Shown here piece after piece: positions 63,540 through 64,000 of a DNA stretch of 64,000 nucleotides. Within the stretch, counting starts at the first letter, position 1, and the number at the start of each line of letters is the position of its first letter. Below the pieces are notes generated by a model. That model had not been told where the DNA came from, did no database searches, and saw only the letters and a list, made by a program, of their open reading frames with translations. Source of the stretch: Lophium mytilinum (Eukaryota); the NCBI GenBank assembly GCA_010093605.1, contig MU004181.1, positions 1,984,001 to 2,048,000 on the forward strand, in the 5' to 3' direction. The translations under genes were made by a program, and so were the position numbers.

Positions 63540-64000
63540 TGTCATTTCCAGGACGCCTATATCAGACCAGGTAGGGAGCATTTCTTTCACACCATTCTAG
63601 CACCGTTGAGAGTACTTGGCCTTGGTGCAAAGAATTTGGAACAATGTTATGCTCGTGAGAGTTTATATCAGGTCGGAATCGAAACCGTCCTTTTCCACCG
63701 TTGTAGTGCCGTTAGGGGTACTCTACCTTACTAGATCGAAATAGAGGTAATGTTGTTTCCAGGATGCCTACATTAGGTTATAATCGAAACAATCCTTTCA
63801 CACCGTTCTAGCGCCATTAGGGGTACTCCACCTTGGTGAGTAGAAAATAGAGGCGATATCATTTCCAGGATGCGTATATTAGGTTAGAATCGGAGCGCTC
63901 CCTTAACACCATTCTAGCACCGTTAGGGGTACTCCGCCTCCATAAATAGAAGCCAAAGGTAATGTTATATTCGTAAGACTCAATATTAGGTCGGGAAAGA
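63540..64000 (-). repeat. Divergent 106-bp tandem array (>=4.3 units, runs off window)
   Basis: tttccagga at 63545, 63756 and 63862; recurring caccattctagcaccgttaggggtactc block. Confidence 0.9.

Overview
Eukaryotic DNA from a filamentous ascomycete. Introns are GT-AG with CTRAC branch points, and the gene families suggest Dothideomycetes/Pleosporales (inference). Conserved genes: QIP-like exonuclease (partial), ING/PHD protein, glutaminase GtaA, M28 vacuolar protease Pff1. These alternate with accessory stretches holding five divergent BTB/POZ-like ORFs, two F-box genes, a protein with two inserted ubiquitin-like domains, a bZIP-DUF3425 factor, an alpha/beta hydrolase and orphan genes. There are two RIP-degraded AT-rich blocks. 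(i) A full-length hAT transposon (6672-10189, 8-bp TSD) inserted 7 codons before a host stop codon and carrying a nested foldback insertion. (ii) A Ty3/gypsy element (about 28070-42410, 205-bp LTRs) with a full-length Tad1-like LINE nested antisense (33586-39832), next to a truncated CorA-like gene; this block has two assembly gaps. The least explained signal is a non-RIPed, divergent intergenic repeat family with a bipartite core (GGCTACCTTTTGGCTGA ...about 20 nt... GTACTCCTTACAGTGG). It occurs as 150-bp tandem arrays, as a probably related 106-bp array, and as dispersed copies. Copy orientations converge on orphan/BTB genes at about 17-20 kb and about 62-63 kb. All calls come from reading the sequence by eye; no database searches were run.
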